Origin: Chiloscyllium plagiosum
Taxonomy: Eukaryota
Assembly (NCBI RefSeq): GCF_004010195.1
Contig: NC_057752.1
Location: forward strand, 10,896,018-10,932,747
Direction: 5' to 3'
DNA: 36,730 nucleotides
Every line of letters starts with the position of its first letter. Position 1 is the stretch's first letter. The position numbers were made by a program, and so were the translations under genes. The notes under the pieces are model-generated. The model saw nothing but the letters and a program-made list of their open reading frames with translations, was not told the DNA's origin and made no database searches. Shown here piece after piece: positions 23,450-35,573 of this stretch.

Positions 23450-24060
23450 AGACCACCGGATATAAGAATTAGTACATCATATTGAGGTTGTATAGGATGT
23501 TGGTGAGACAACTTTTGGAGTACTGTGAACAGTTTTGGTCGTCCTGCTATAGGAAGGATATAATTAAATTGGAGAGGGTTCAGAAAGGATTTACCAGAAC
23601 GTTGCTGGGACTGGAGGGTTTGAGTTATAAGGAGAGGCTGGATGCCCAGGGGCTTCTTTTACTGAAGCATAGGAGGCTGAGGGGTGACCTTATAGAGGTT
23701 TATAAAATCATGAGGGGCATGGATAGGGTGAATAGCAGAGGTCTTTTTCCCAGGGTGTGGGAGTTCAAAATTAGGGGTATGTTTTTCAGGTGAGAGGGGA
23801 AAGATTTAAAAAAGGACCTGAGGAGCAACTTTTACACACAGAGGGTGGTTTGTATGGGGAATGAATTGCCAGAAGAACTGGTAGATGCAGATACAGTTAA
23901 AACATTTCAAAGACATTTGGACAGGTACATGAATAGGAAAGGTTTAGAGGGATATGGGCTAAACACAGGCAAGTGGGACTAGTTTAGTTTGGGAAACTTG
24001 GTCAGCAGGGATGAGTTGGACTGAAGGATCTGCTTCCTTGTTGCATAACTCTATGGTTCT
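23450..24060 (+). mobile_element. HER1-like CR1 3' fragment
   Basis: ORF 23482-23793 (LYRMLVRQLLEYCEQFWSS..) plus the tail. Confidence 0.9.
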
Positions 24061-24141
24061 ATAACCTTCTGCATAGCTTGCTGAAGCTGCACGTTAGTCT
24101 TCAGTGATTTGTCAATGAGGACCCCCATGTCCCTTTGTACA

Positions 24142-24464
24142 GGCTTAGTGGTTAGCACTACTGACTCACAGTGCCAGGGACCCAGGTTTGATTCCAGCCT
24201 CTGGTGACTGTCTGTGTGGGATTTGCACATTGTCCCCATGCCTGCATGGGTTTCCTCCCACAGTCCAAAGATGTGCTGGTTAGGTGACTTGGCCATGAGA
24301 AATTGCCCATCATGTTCAAGGATGTGTCGGTTAGGTGCATTAATCAGGGTTAAATATAGAGTAATAGGGTAGGGGAATGGGTCTGGGTGGGTTACTCTTC
24401 GGAGGGTCGGTGTGGACTTGGGCCAAATGGCCTGTTTCCACACTGTAAGGAGTTTATGATTCTA
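24142..24464 (+). mobile_element. HE1-type V-SINE
   Basis: Similar to 19597-19920 throughout. Confidence 0.9.
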
Positions 24465-24884
24465 TAAATACTCTGCACATCTGTTTCTCCTCCCAAAGTG
24501 GATAATCTCACTTCTTTACAGAATATTCCATCTGCCCACTCACTAAACCTGTCCAAACCCACTTGAAGCCATTTTATATCACCTTCCTACAACACAGATT
24601 CCCTCTTAGCTTTATATCATCTGAAGATTTGGAAATATTATGTTTGCTTCCCACCTCCAAGCCATTGGTTGTTTTGTGAACAGCTGGGGTTCTGATCCTT
24701 GTGGTACCTCACCAGTCACAGCCTGGCAATGTGAGAACGACCCATTTATTCCTACTCTCTGTCTGTTAGCCAATCATTAATCCATTCCAGTACATTACCT
24801 CCTATCCCATCCATGCAATTTAATTTTTAACCAACGTCCTATGGGGTACTTTATCAGAACCCTCATGAAAATCTACACCCATCA

Positions 24885-24992
24885 GGAGCGGGTTCTTGTG
24901 GGGCCGTAGTAGTAGATCCAGGAGGTCCTAGCTTAAATCCGACATAGTGTAGAGCTGTGTAATAACATTCCTGAACAGGTTGATTATAAAAC
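24885..24992 (+). mobile_element. Short tRNA-derived SINE
   Basis: Related to 12185-12290 (cttgtggg..ggagg.cctag..aaatc..taaca..ctgaacag). Confidence 0.55.
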
Positions 24993-25167
24993 ATGTTGAT
25001 TCGTTTTCCTTTCTCAATTTTGTTTGTAGCACCATCACAAAACTCCAAGTTCATCAAGTATGATTTCCCATTCACAAATCCATGTTGACTATGCCTAATC
25101 AGATCATTCTCAATCAGGTGGCCATTCAGTCCATGCTTTATAATAGATTCTAGCATTTTCCCGAATG

Positions 25168-25390
25168 CTCATTTTTGATAAATCGGTTAGCTGATTTGGC
25201 TGGGTGTTTCGTATGCAATGTAGAGTATTGCCGGCTGTGGTGGGTTCAATTCCTGCACTAGCTGAAGTTGCCAAGAAGGAGCCCTTCTCAACCTCTCCCC
25301 TTGCTGGAGGCATCATGACCCTCATGTTAAACCACCACACATTATCTCTCTAATGAGAGAGCAGCCCTATAGTCCAGTGGGACTATACCT
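25168..25390 (+). mobile_element. tRNA-derived SINE (third family)
   Basis: B-box gggttcaattcc and the tail hairpin tctctctaatgagaga. Interrupts the CR1 frame. Confidence 0.6.
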
Positions 25391-26477
25391 TTTCTGCTAA
25401 TGTAAGGCTAACAGGTCTGTTGTTTCTCTCTCCCTCTCTCTCCCCCCTCCCCCCTTCTTGAATCATGGGCAAACTTCCAATCATTCCAGAATCTGTAGAA
25501 TTTGGGAAGAGAATCACCAAAGCATTGACCATCGCAATAGCCACCTCCCTTCAACACTTTTGGGCTGGAGACCATCAGGTCTTGTGGATCGATCAAGTTC
25601 CAGCCCCATTAATTTCTCCAGTGCAATCTTATTGCTGATACTAATTTCCTTCAACTCCTCATTCTCCATAGCCACTTAGCTCTCAGGTTCTAGGAGATTT
25701 CTGATATCTGCTTCAGTGGAAAGTATGCATTTATCTTCTCTACTCCCCATTAGAAATTCTCCTCACTCTGCTTGTAATGCATCCACATTCATTTTTAGCC
25801 AAACGTTCCCTATCTATAGAACCATTTTCATACATTTTGCACGATCACATTCATATGTACTCCCCCTTTCCGTATCAGTTTCTTGACCCTCCTCTGTTGT
25901 ATTCTCTAAACCTCCCAATTCTCAAAAGTTCTGGTATTTTTTTTTCGGTCTTTTGTTTTGATTGTATATAATCCTGAATTTGCTTAGTCAGCAACGATTG
26001 ACTGACCTTTTGAGGTTTTGCAGGTTGACGGAATGTATAGTTCCTGTAAATTATGTAATATTCCTTTAAGGACCATCCGTTTACCTATTTACGATCATGC
26101 CTTTTTTTTTTAAAATGTACTTTCCCAATCCAGCTCATGCTTTCATAATTTCCCTCATCCCAATTTAACACTCTTGCTTCAGATTGAACTGCCTCACTTT
26201 CCAACAGAATGTAAAATGCTACCACGTTGACATCGAGCGACTTGCACAGAGATGACCAGGCTGGTCTGTTGAAAATCCATGTATCACTTTAGTTTTTTTT
26301 ATTCCCCTTTTAGTAGGATTAAAACTTCTGTCTAGCAGCCTCTGTAAATCTCACCTAATTTCAAAACTCTGTACCCCATATCATAATTTACATTAAATAC
26401 ATTTCAGCCATTGCTCCTGTGTTACCCCTGCATAAACTGCTTCATCCTTTTTCATCAAATCTCTTCGAAATTTCTCT

Positions 26478-27288
26478 TCGATGATCCATCTCAGCCTCCT
26501 CCAGTGGTCCCCAGCGTCACAGATCCCAGTCTTCAGCCAATCCGATTCACTCCATGTGATATCAAGAAATGGTTGGAGACACTGGATACTGCAAAGGCTA
26601 TGGGCCCTGACAACATTCCAGCAATAGGACTGAAGACTTGTGCTCCAGAACTTGCCGCTCCCCCAGCCAAGCTGTTCCAGTACAGTTACAACACTGGCAT
26701 CTACCCAACAATGTGGAAAATTGCCCAGGTATGTCCTGTACATAAAAAGCAGGACAAATCCAACCCGGCCAATTACCGTCCCATCGGTCTACTCTCGATC
26801 ATCAGGAAAGTGATGGAAGGTGTCACCAACAGTGCTATCAAGCAGCACCTGCTCAGCGACACCCAGTTTGGGTCCCACCAGGGTCACTCAGCTCCTGACC
26901 TCATTACAGCCTTGGTTCAAACATGGACAAAAGAGCTGAACTCCAGAGGGGAGGGGAGAGGGACAGCCCTTGACATCAAGGCTGCATTCGACCGAGTGTG
27001 GCATCAAGGAGCCCTGGCAAACCTGGAACCATTGGGCATCAGGGGGCAAACTCTCCGCTGGTTGGAGTCATACCTGGCACATAGGAAGATGGTTGTGTGG
27101 TTGTTGGAGGTCAGTCATCTCAGCTCCAGGACATCTCTGCAGGAGTTCCTCAGGGTAGTGTCCTAGGCCCAACATCTTCAGCTGCTTCATCAATGACCGT
27201 CCCTCCACCATAAGGTCAGGAATGGGGATATTCGCTAACGATTGCACAATGTCCAGCACCATTCGTGACTCCTCAGATACTGAAGCAT
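26478..27288 (+). mobile_element. Family B LINE RT fragment
   Basis: KAMGPDNIP, NYRPIGLLS, LDIKAAFDRVWH, GVPQGSVLGP, FIND..FAND. Confidence 0.92.
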
Positions 27289-27309
27289 GATGTTATGCCA
27301 AGCATTTAT

Positions 27310-27428
27310 CTTCATCTCTGATCCTGATGAAGGGTTTTTGCCCGAAACGTCAATTTTCCTGCTCCTCGGATGCTGCCTGACCTGCTGTGCTTTTCCAGCA
27401 TCACTCTAATCTAGACTCTTCATCTCAG
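27310..27428 (+). mobile_element. Penelope pLTR with an intact minimal hammerhead motif
   Basis: CTGATGA at 27324-30, stem II GGGT-tttt-GCCC, GAAAC-GTC at 27344-51. Confidence 0.78.
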
Positions 27429-27434
27429 ATCAAC

Positions 27435-27735
27435 CTAACCTACACACTCCTCAACTTACTGCTATCCAAGTGCTTGTCCAGCACTCGCTTAAGCGTCCCT
27501 CATGTCTCTAATCCCGGTACCACTGCTGGCAGTGCATTCCACACACCCACCACTCTGGGTAAAGAACTGACATCTCCCCTTAACCTTCCTCCAAGCACCT
27601 TAAAACTATGCCCCCTTGTGATAGACATTTCTGCTCTGGGGAAAAGTCTTTGTCCATCCACTCTATCCGAGCCTCTCATTACCTGGTACACCTCTATCAA
27701 TTCACCCCGCTTCCTTTTTCTCTCCAATGTGAAGA
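27435..27735 (-). mobile_element. CR1 3' fragment
   Basis: RGELIEVYQVMRGSDRVDGQRLFPRAEMSITRGHSFKV..VWNALP. Confidence 0.85.
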
Positions 27736-28529
27736 TTCTGAGCCAGGACAGCTTGGATAGAAACCTTCAAGTTTCAAAGCTGAGAAAGTTTGGGCTATCA
27801 GAATTGAGAACAGGCCATGACATCAGACTCTGAAAGAAGTGGTTCAAAAAGATATTATCTTAGCAGGCCAAGGGACGAAAGCTGGAATAGGCAAAGCAAA
27901 TCGAAGGTCACCTCCAATCCCACTACAGGCATTTGGCTGCAGTGATCTCAGTCATTGTCTGTGTTTCTACAGCCCAGGGAGTAGGTCACAGTCAGTCCAA
28001 CGGCTCCATAGCAATATCTGGGGGCAGGACTAATGTGGTCAGGGGTCTGGACACTTCTCATCTGGTCAGGTCACTCAAGGGGATGCAACGCAGTCAGTCC
28101 ATCGGGTTCATCCACAGGTGTTGAGGGAAAGGGGAGGGTGATGACCAGGGGAATGGCTGCAATGGGAGGAGAACTCACAAACCCATTCTTTGAGATGGGA
28201 CTGTCGGAAGAGGGTAATCTGGAGGCTGTAAGGAAGGGAAGGGTTACAGTATCTGCCAGGGGTGAGGGGGGTATGAGAAAACCCTGCTGGAGGTAGGATT
28301 GCCCAGGGTCAGGAGCACTCTGAATAACTGTATTTGGCATAGTCCTATGCCAAGGTCTGGGCGGACAGGTGTACGGGCATTTCAACATGTTGGGTGGTGA
28401 TCAGAGAGTGTGTAAAGCCTTTCCTGTACATCCTGTGGTCGATGGCAGGAAGGGGATGTGGATGTTCAGGGCTCACTGACATGTAGAGGCAGGGACTCAG
28501 CCATTGGCTGAGGAACATGGTCTCCTGCC

Positions 28530-29134
28530 GTTGTGGTTCTGTTCGCCGAGCTGGAAGTTTTTGTTGCAAACATTTCGTCCCCTGGCTAGGCGACATCATC
28601 AGTGCTTGGGAGCCTCCTGCGAAGCACTTCTTTGATGTTTCCTCTGGTGTTTATACCATGCAAGGACTGCACAAAACACTATATAGGACAAACAGGAAGA
28701 CAGCTAACAATCCGCATACATGAACATCAACTAGCCACGAAACGACACGACCAGCTATCCTTAGTAGCCACACAAGCAGACAACAAGCAACATGAATTCG
28801 ACAAGGACAACACTACTATCATAGGGCAAGCCAGACAGAACAGCCAGGGAATTCCTAGAGGCATGGCATTCATCCACAAACTCCATCAACAAACACATCG
28901 ACCTGGACCCAATATACCAACCACTACAGCGGACAGCTGAAACTGACAACCGGAAGCGGCAGGGACAGACCACTATAAAACCGGAGGAAACATCAAAGAA
29001 GCGCTTCGCAGCAGGCTCCCAAGCACTGATGATTTCGCCTAGCCAGGTGGACGAAACGTTTGCAACAATAATTTCCAGCTCGGCGAACAGAACCACAACA
29101 ACGAGCACCCGAGCTACAAATCTTCGCACAAACT
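28530..29134 (+). mobile_element. 5'-truncated Penelope element with inverted pLTR, GIY-YIG remnant and TSD
   Basis: IPCKDCTKHYIGQTGRQLTIRIHEHQLA. Inverted arms ~28530-28655 and ~28973-29100. 13-bp TSD ATGGTCTCCTGCC (28517-29, 29135-47). Hammerhead cores at 29026-29060 (+) and 28573-28602 (-). Confidence 0.92.
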
Positions 29135-29999
29135 ATGGTCTCCTGCCATTGTGTTGGGTTTCTGAAGTGTACAATGGGGAAGAAAATGGCCGTAACCACA
29201 CGGAGTGAGGTTATATCGCTGACCTATGGTGGGGGGGGGGGCTCACAATTGGAAAGAACTTTGCACACAGACCCATGTAGTGCACATGATATACAGTTTT
29301 GGGGGAAGAAGTGAAAGGTCCTTTAATCTCCACCCTAATGTAATGTATTCCTCTCCCCAGCCCAGATCTGCAACACAGTGTCCAAACCTAACCTCAGCAA
29401 GTTGGTTCACAGAAGCCAGGAAAGCGGAGATGTTGTTGAACAAGGGCCAGAAGGTGTCAGCAGTGGCCTTTGCCTTCAATATGCAAATACATGATATACG
29501 TGGCTCTCAGTCCAGGCTTCTGTCTGTGGGACATTGTCTGAAGCTGTAACAATGTCAATTGGGGCTACACTGAAATCAAACAACTAGGTGCAAGGTACAG
29601 TGACATTTCCACAATTACAGAATGACACTCTGCATTGTGATTCATGTCTCCAAAGTGCCCTCCGGTTCTCTTTCTCTCCTCCCTCCCACCACATCAGTAT
29701 ACGCCCTGGTTCTCCAGCTGGGGTTGAGGGAGCCTGCTCGACAGTGGAATCTGTTGTCCCTGAAGATTTGGTCTGGTGATCCCATGGGGCACCTAGAATG
29801 TATGGGCAATCAAGATAAGGGTAGTCTTTCCTGGGGCAGATGGAACCTCATCAATGTGAACTTCCCAAGGTTGGAGGGAGATCAGGCATGATAGAGGACT
29901 TGGCCCCCTCGATGTCCTGAGAGAAGACTGAAGGGTGGTTCCTCCCCTGGCACTACCCAGTCTCCTCCTGATGAGCCTTGCCAGGTTCCCTGACCCTCT

Positions 30000-31570
30000 G
30001 CCATGCCATTGGCCATGAGGCTGGAGTGCAGACCCAGGAGGTGCTGGACCTGGTTCTTGATGACTATGCTAACCTGTCCATGCAGATGGACAGATCAGAT
30101 GGTTTGCTGCAGTTTCTGAGCCCAGAGGGTCACTGTGTCCACAGTCCTGTCTGCTGCTCCTGTTCCACCCTTTTGTGTGCAGCCAAAGTACCTGATTTCT
30201 GACGCCACAGGTTCCTCTCCTGCCTGGGGCTGAGCAGGCGCCTGATCCCTGGCATTTCTGGCTGTTGCAAATGATAGTCACCAAATTGTGTGCCCTGCAT
30301 TCTGTCTAAGCCTAATATTCCCACTGAGGTGTCAGTATCGGGGCTGGTAAAGAGGCACGTTTCTCTCTGCGGCCTTGGTACACGTTAACCAAATCCTCAA
30401 TTTCTTTAGTCATCCAGCATTCCCTATACCTACCAGCCTTTCCTTTCACCCTGACAGAAATATACTTTCTCTGGATTCTTGTTATCTCATTTCTCTGCGG
30501 CCTTGGTACACGTTCTCTGGAGTTCAAACAGGTGTTGTCTGGGGGAGTGAACATCCACCTGTGGAAGTGGTAGATGTGCTGGTGCTACCTGCAAGACAAA
30601 AGAGCATCATGGCCAGTGGTTCGAAGGACTAACGCCACCCTGTGGCAATGTGGGTTACAGTGGAATGGATTCAGTTGGGGAGGCATGGATGTCTCAGCAT
30701 CTCCATAGGAGTGGCCCTAGTCCTCGGCACGGAACAAGATTCTCTCTGGCGTTTACTCTTCTTTCCAGTTGCACAGGCCCTTCCAGGTCCATGTGTGGCA
30801 GAGACTGGTCAATGCTGTGAGAACTGTTGAAACCTTTGGAGCAAGTATGTGTGTGCACACACACACAGGTGTCTGTATGTGGGTGAGTGGCTATGTCTAC
30901 ATGCATGTGGGTGAGTGGGGGGGCTGTGTCTACCCACATGCGTGTGTATGTGTGCGTGCGAGACAGAGTGTAAATACCTTTGAGGGAATACTGCCTTCTG
31001 TGTACAGTGTGACAAACCAAACGCACATACCCCTCCACCTGGATGGCTGAACTTTGCATTGTTTGGAGCGGTCTCCTGTAACGAGAGAAAGGGGGGGGGG
31101 GGGAAATTGAGCAATCAAGGTGGGAGCCCTAGCTGCTGGTTCAGGTGGTACTCAATGGGTGTGAGGAGGTAGCAGAGGGTGGACAGGGTTAGTGGTGTGA
31201 GGGGTTGGGTAGGCAGGGGAAGGTGAGGGAAGGTGTTGCGTGCAGTCAGGAGAGTGGTAGGACAGTAGAGAGTAGCAGATTTGGAGGGAGCTGGCAGCAG
31301 GAGCAGAGATTGAGTGAGTGATAGCAGAGAGGAGTGGGGTCCTTACTCTGGCTCAGCAGAGAAGGCCATTGAGCTTCTTCTACACTACTGACCATTTGTC
31401 TGGACCATGGAGACAGCACTGACCCAGATGGTGACCTTGGACCAAGCTGCTAGAGTCAGGTGGCATGGTCTCCTTTGCCAGTTCTCAAGGAAGAAGACTC
31501 CTCTCCCTTGCACCAGGACCTTTTGGGTCCTGTTGGAGAATTGCAGTGCCAAATCCACCTTCTCTGACAT
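30000..31570 (-). pseudogene. Harbinger-type Myb/SANT-like accessory gene, spliced and decayed
   Basis: Exon 31570-31347 reads MSEK..QFSNR..KVLV..VFFLE..AWSKV..VSAVS..Q*C(fs)KKLNGL..AR|gtaag. The next exon from 31075 (ttacag|) reads ETAPNNAKFSHPGGG, TGGG-like. Further acceptor at ~30590. Lower boundary uncertain. Confidence 0.65.
30387..30491 (-). mobile_element. Internal CR1 ORF2 fragment flanked by a 23-bp duplication
   Basis: NEITRIQRKYISVRVKGKAGRYRECWMTKEIEDLV; repeats at 30364-30386 and 30492-30514. Confidence 0.85.
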
Positions 31571-32353
31571 CTTCTGGAACCGTCCGAGTGAGCAGGGCAG
31601 CTTTGGAATGTCAGAGCCTGTCTCTGGGTGCACAGCAGCCTTTTAAAGATGGCAAGGGCATTAAAAACTGTCTGTCTTTTGGTGGATATGTGTGGAGTGG
31701 GGAGTTGTTCTGGGAACAGCGCATTGGTAAGATTGGTCTGGAGTCCAGCTTTGAGAGATACCATGGGGCAGGCTTGGGAATTAATGAGTTGAGTTTGGTA
31801 AGATAGTGGTGAGAGAATTCAGTCAGTTTCATGGAGAATCCTCAAAACAACTCACACTTAACCAAAACAAATTCAACTTGTCTGAACAGGTCAGTGACTA
31901 ATCACCATGTTAACTACCTACAAAACTAAACTGAACCCAGGTTTCATTCTGTGAGCTAACTTGTCCAGTATTACCATGAGTTGGGATCAGAACACTCACT
32001 GGGCTAAATGTTTGCTGAGAATGATTTTTTTTTAAAATGTATTTCTCCTGTCCTATTTTTAAAACCTAGTTTCCCAGTTCAGGAGCTTGTAGCCCAGCCC
32101 AGTTTCCACCCTCTGCTAGCCTGTTACTTCATGGAAGTAAGTGTCAGGGAGTAGTCATGGACATACTGAACTGCTGTGCTCTTCCAGCGCCACTAATCCA
32201 GAATCTGGTTTCCAGCGTCTGCAGTCATTATTTTTACCACACTGAACTCCAGCACAAAGTGGCATTTTATTCTCCAAGGGGTAGTTACATGCATTGCCAC
32301 CAGATGGCAGCATCTACCCAGTGATTCAAACTCAAATTCATAAGCGAGCACAG

Positions 32354-32950
32354 ATAGAGTCATAGAGATGTACAGCACGGAAACAGACCCTTCGGTCCAA
32401 CCCGTCCATGCCGGCCAGATATCCCAACCCAATCTAGTCCCACCTGCCAGCACCTGCCCCATATGCCTCAAAACCCTTCCTATTCATATACCCATCCAAA
32501 TGCCTTTTAAATGTTGCAATTATACCAGCCTCCACCACATCCTCTGGCAGCTCATTCCATACCTGTACTACTCTGTGGAAAAAGTTGCCCTTTAGGTCTC
32601 TTTTATATCTTTCCCCTCTCACCCTAAACCTATGCCCTCTAGTTCTGGACTCCCCGACCCCAGGAAAAGACCTTGGCTATTTATCCTATCCACGCCCCTC
32701 ATGATTTTGTAAACCTCTAAGGTCACCCCTCAGCCTCCAACGCTCCAGGGAAAACAGCCCCAGTCTGTTCAGCCTCTCCCTGTAGCTCAAATCCTCCAAC
32801 CCTGGCAACATCCTTGTAAATCTTTTCTGAACCCTTTCAAGTTTCACAACATCTTTCCGATAGGAAGAAAACCAGAATTGCATGCAATATTCCAACAGTG
32901 GCCTAACCAATGTCCTGTACAGCCGCAACATGACCTCCCAACTCCTGTAC
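32354..32950 (-). mobile_element. HER1/CR1 3' fragment
   Basis: YRSWEVMLRLYRTLVRPLLEYCMQFW.. plus the tail. Confidence 0.92.
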
Positions 32951-32979
32951 TTGTCTTGGAGGGGATCTTGCCAGGCCAC

Positions 32980-33320
32980 TCAGCTGAGTGGCCCTGGGGG
33001 AGCCCAAACTGGTGCTGCTTGATAGCACTGTTGGTGACACCTTCCATCAATTTCCTGATGATCGAGAGTAGACCGATGGGACGGTAATTGGCCGGGCTGG
33101 ATTTGTCCTGGTTAATGTGTACAGGATATACCTGGGCAATTTTCCACATTGTCTGGTAGATGCCAGTGTTGTAACTGTACTGGAACAGCTTGGCTAGGGG
33201 AGCGGCAGGTTCTGGAACACAAGTCTTTAGTACTATTGCTGGAATGTTGTCAGGGCCCATAGCCTTTGCAGTGTCCAGTGTCTCCAACCGTTTCTTGATA
33301 TCACGTAGAGTGAATCAAAT
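32980..33320 (-). mobile_element. Family B LINE fragment
   Basis: ETLDTAKAMGPDNIPAIVLKTC..NYRPIGLLSIIRK. Confidence 0.9.
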
Positions 33321-34456
33321 CACCACCTTCTCCCTCCAACCCTTGCATAACTGTTCCTGTTTCAGACAGTTCAGTGCAGAATGGTATTTCAAATCCCATC
33401 GAAACCACCTGGTGACGATATTCGGAGCATTCCCAGGGTTCATTCTTCTGTTGAAGTTCCTCAAATCTCTGTTTTCATAGCCAGAGGGATCCTTATCTCT
33501 GCTTTCATATTGATAGAGTCGGCTTGTATCGAGGTGGTCTCAGATTGCCACAGTGACTGAACCCTCCATTCCTTGTGTTACTGCTCAGTGTTCCATTTCA
33601 GCCATGAAGGATGCTGGGAAAGAATTATTTCTCAGGCTCTCTTTTAAATTCAGACTGACATCTGTTCCTAAAATGTGGTTTTCTCTGAAAATGTCACTAT
33701 GGTTGATAGTAAGAGTCTGTCCATGTTCAACAGTGGAGCACAGTCCAGCAACGTAAAGGCAAGCACTGCGTGTGGAATATCCCAGTCACATTTTTGCAAT
33801 CTTCTACACAATCTGTTAAGTTCTATTATATATTCATTAACAAAATATCTATACTGCTTTCTAAATTTATCAGAGTCTGATCATGTCCCATAACATGTCA
33901 TCTTCCCTAAATATTCAGTCTGTAAATTTTAAGTTTCTAAACCCTTCTCAGTGTTCAAATGTTGAGCCTTTAGCTTAGAGTGCACTTCATAAGTGATCTT
34001 ATTCTTCATCAGGAATGACAGTACCAAGGTCACACCTTATCTTTTTTCCTGGAAAGGATGTGGCCAGTGTCTACATATCTACTTCAGTTTTCCATTTAGC
34101 TTCACAGAGCATCATTGGGAAGTTATATCTTCTCCAAACAGAGAGGCAGAAACCATGACTCCATTGTGGATAGAATTTATTAACTACTCAGTTTTAAGGA
34201 TCCAAACACACCTTTATATCTCCCCAGTCAATTAATTCATCAATTAACCCCCAATCACATGGTCAGGACAAAGTCCTTTTTAATTCAAATCAGCCGATTC
34301 AGTCATGTTATGTGACACATCCAAAGCAGGTGAATGCAGACCATCTGGCTCAGAGGTAGGGACACTGGCACTGTGCCACAAAAGCCTTGCATAACCACAT
34401 GCTCTGCTGTCAGTGACTGTGAGGTGCTCTCTCTCTCTCTCTCCTCATTTCAATTT

Positions 34457-34750
34457 CCTGATTGGGGTCCTTGTCTTGCCTGCCCCATTGAGTGTCGCTG
34501 ACTGCCTGATTGGGGTCCTTGTCTTGCCTGCCCCAATGAGTGTCTCTGACTACCCGATTGGGGTCCTTGTCTTGCCTGCCCCATTGGGTGTCGCTGACTG
34601 CCTGATTGGGGTCCTTGTCTTGCCTGCCCTATTGAGTGTCGCTGACTGCCTGATTGGGGTCCTTGTCTTGCCTGCCCCATTGGGTGTCTCTGACTGCCTG
34701 ATTTGGGGTCCTCGTCTTCCAACTGCTGTTCTCGGTGATGCTGACTGTCT
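34457..34750. repeat. 48-bp minisatellite, 5 full copies plus 1 diverged copy
   Basis: Unit cctgattggggtccttgtcttgcctgccccattgagtgtcgctgactg starts at 34457, 34505, 34553, 34601, 34649 and 34697. Confidence 0.95.
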
Positions 34751-34962
34751 GAAAGCAGTCGGAAAAGAGACAGCAGGGACTCTGACCACATTATGACAGT
34801 TCCCAATAAATATTCAAGCTATGCAATTAGACTGGGGGGAATCCAATTTCGCTGCGTTTTTCCCCCAAGGATACACTGGGGAACAATAGCAAATAAATAC
34901 ACGGAGTTTGGACTTAGCAATGTATGGGTTAAACCAAGCTCTGGGAAGATAAAGGGAATATA

Positions 34963-35573
34963 CCGTATATACGTGCGTAAAAATCAATCTCATGTGAAAA
35001 GTCGAGCCCCTATTTTTGGCCAAAACATCTCGAATTTTCCATGTGTCTTGTGTAAATGTTGACCCTAGTTCTGCACAGATAACAGATCAACATTTGAGAG
35101 TCAAGGCATTGTCCTGTACATAAATGTTACAATGAATGTTGTTGATAACATCTGATCACATAACAATGATGAAGCTGTAATTCCCGCTGGATTTACAAGT
35201 GTTTTGCAACTAACAGATGTTAGTATCAATAAGCCATTTAAGGACATGATGAGAAAGAAATGGAACAACTGGATGCATGATGGAGCAAAAACCATTCACC
35301 AAAGGAGGTGGTATGCATAAATAAATTGTATAAAGTAAAGCTGACTAATTCATTTTTGGTTCTATTGTCTTTACCCAGTAATTACCGTTAATTCAATGTG
35401 TGTTTTTTCTTTATTCATTTCGAGATCAATTGACCTTCTGCTAATGATACAGTATTTTGGACTGTCCCATGAATTTCAACCCCTCGAAAGTAGTATCCCT
35501 GTAATAGTTGAACCTTATAACTTTAACCTTAAAAATAGTCTAAAACATTTGACTTTTACAAGAGTATATACGG
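34963..35573 (+). mobile_element. pogo/Tc2-like non-autonomous DNA transposon
   Basis: TIRs CCGTATATAC..GTATATACGG with TA on both sides. Internal DDE fragment AVIPAGFTSVLQLTDVSINKPFKDMMRKKWNNWM from 35174. Confidence 0.9.

Larger units (their letters stand above)
24061..26220 (-). mobile_element. Old CR1 ORF2 remnant interrupted by three SINEs
   Basis: Minus MLESIIK..LIRHSQHGFVNGKSYLMNLEF, and similarity to 5200-6150. Confidence 0.75.

Noticed and set aside
33320..33560. Possible coding exon (open frames on both strands)
   Set aside because: No convincing pair of splice sites and no recognisable peptide.
34413..34806. Repetitive protein ORFs
   Set aside because: A by-product of a stop-free 48-bp unit; no splice or homology support.
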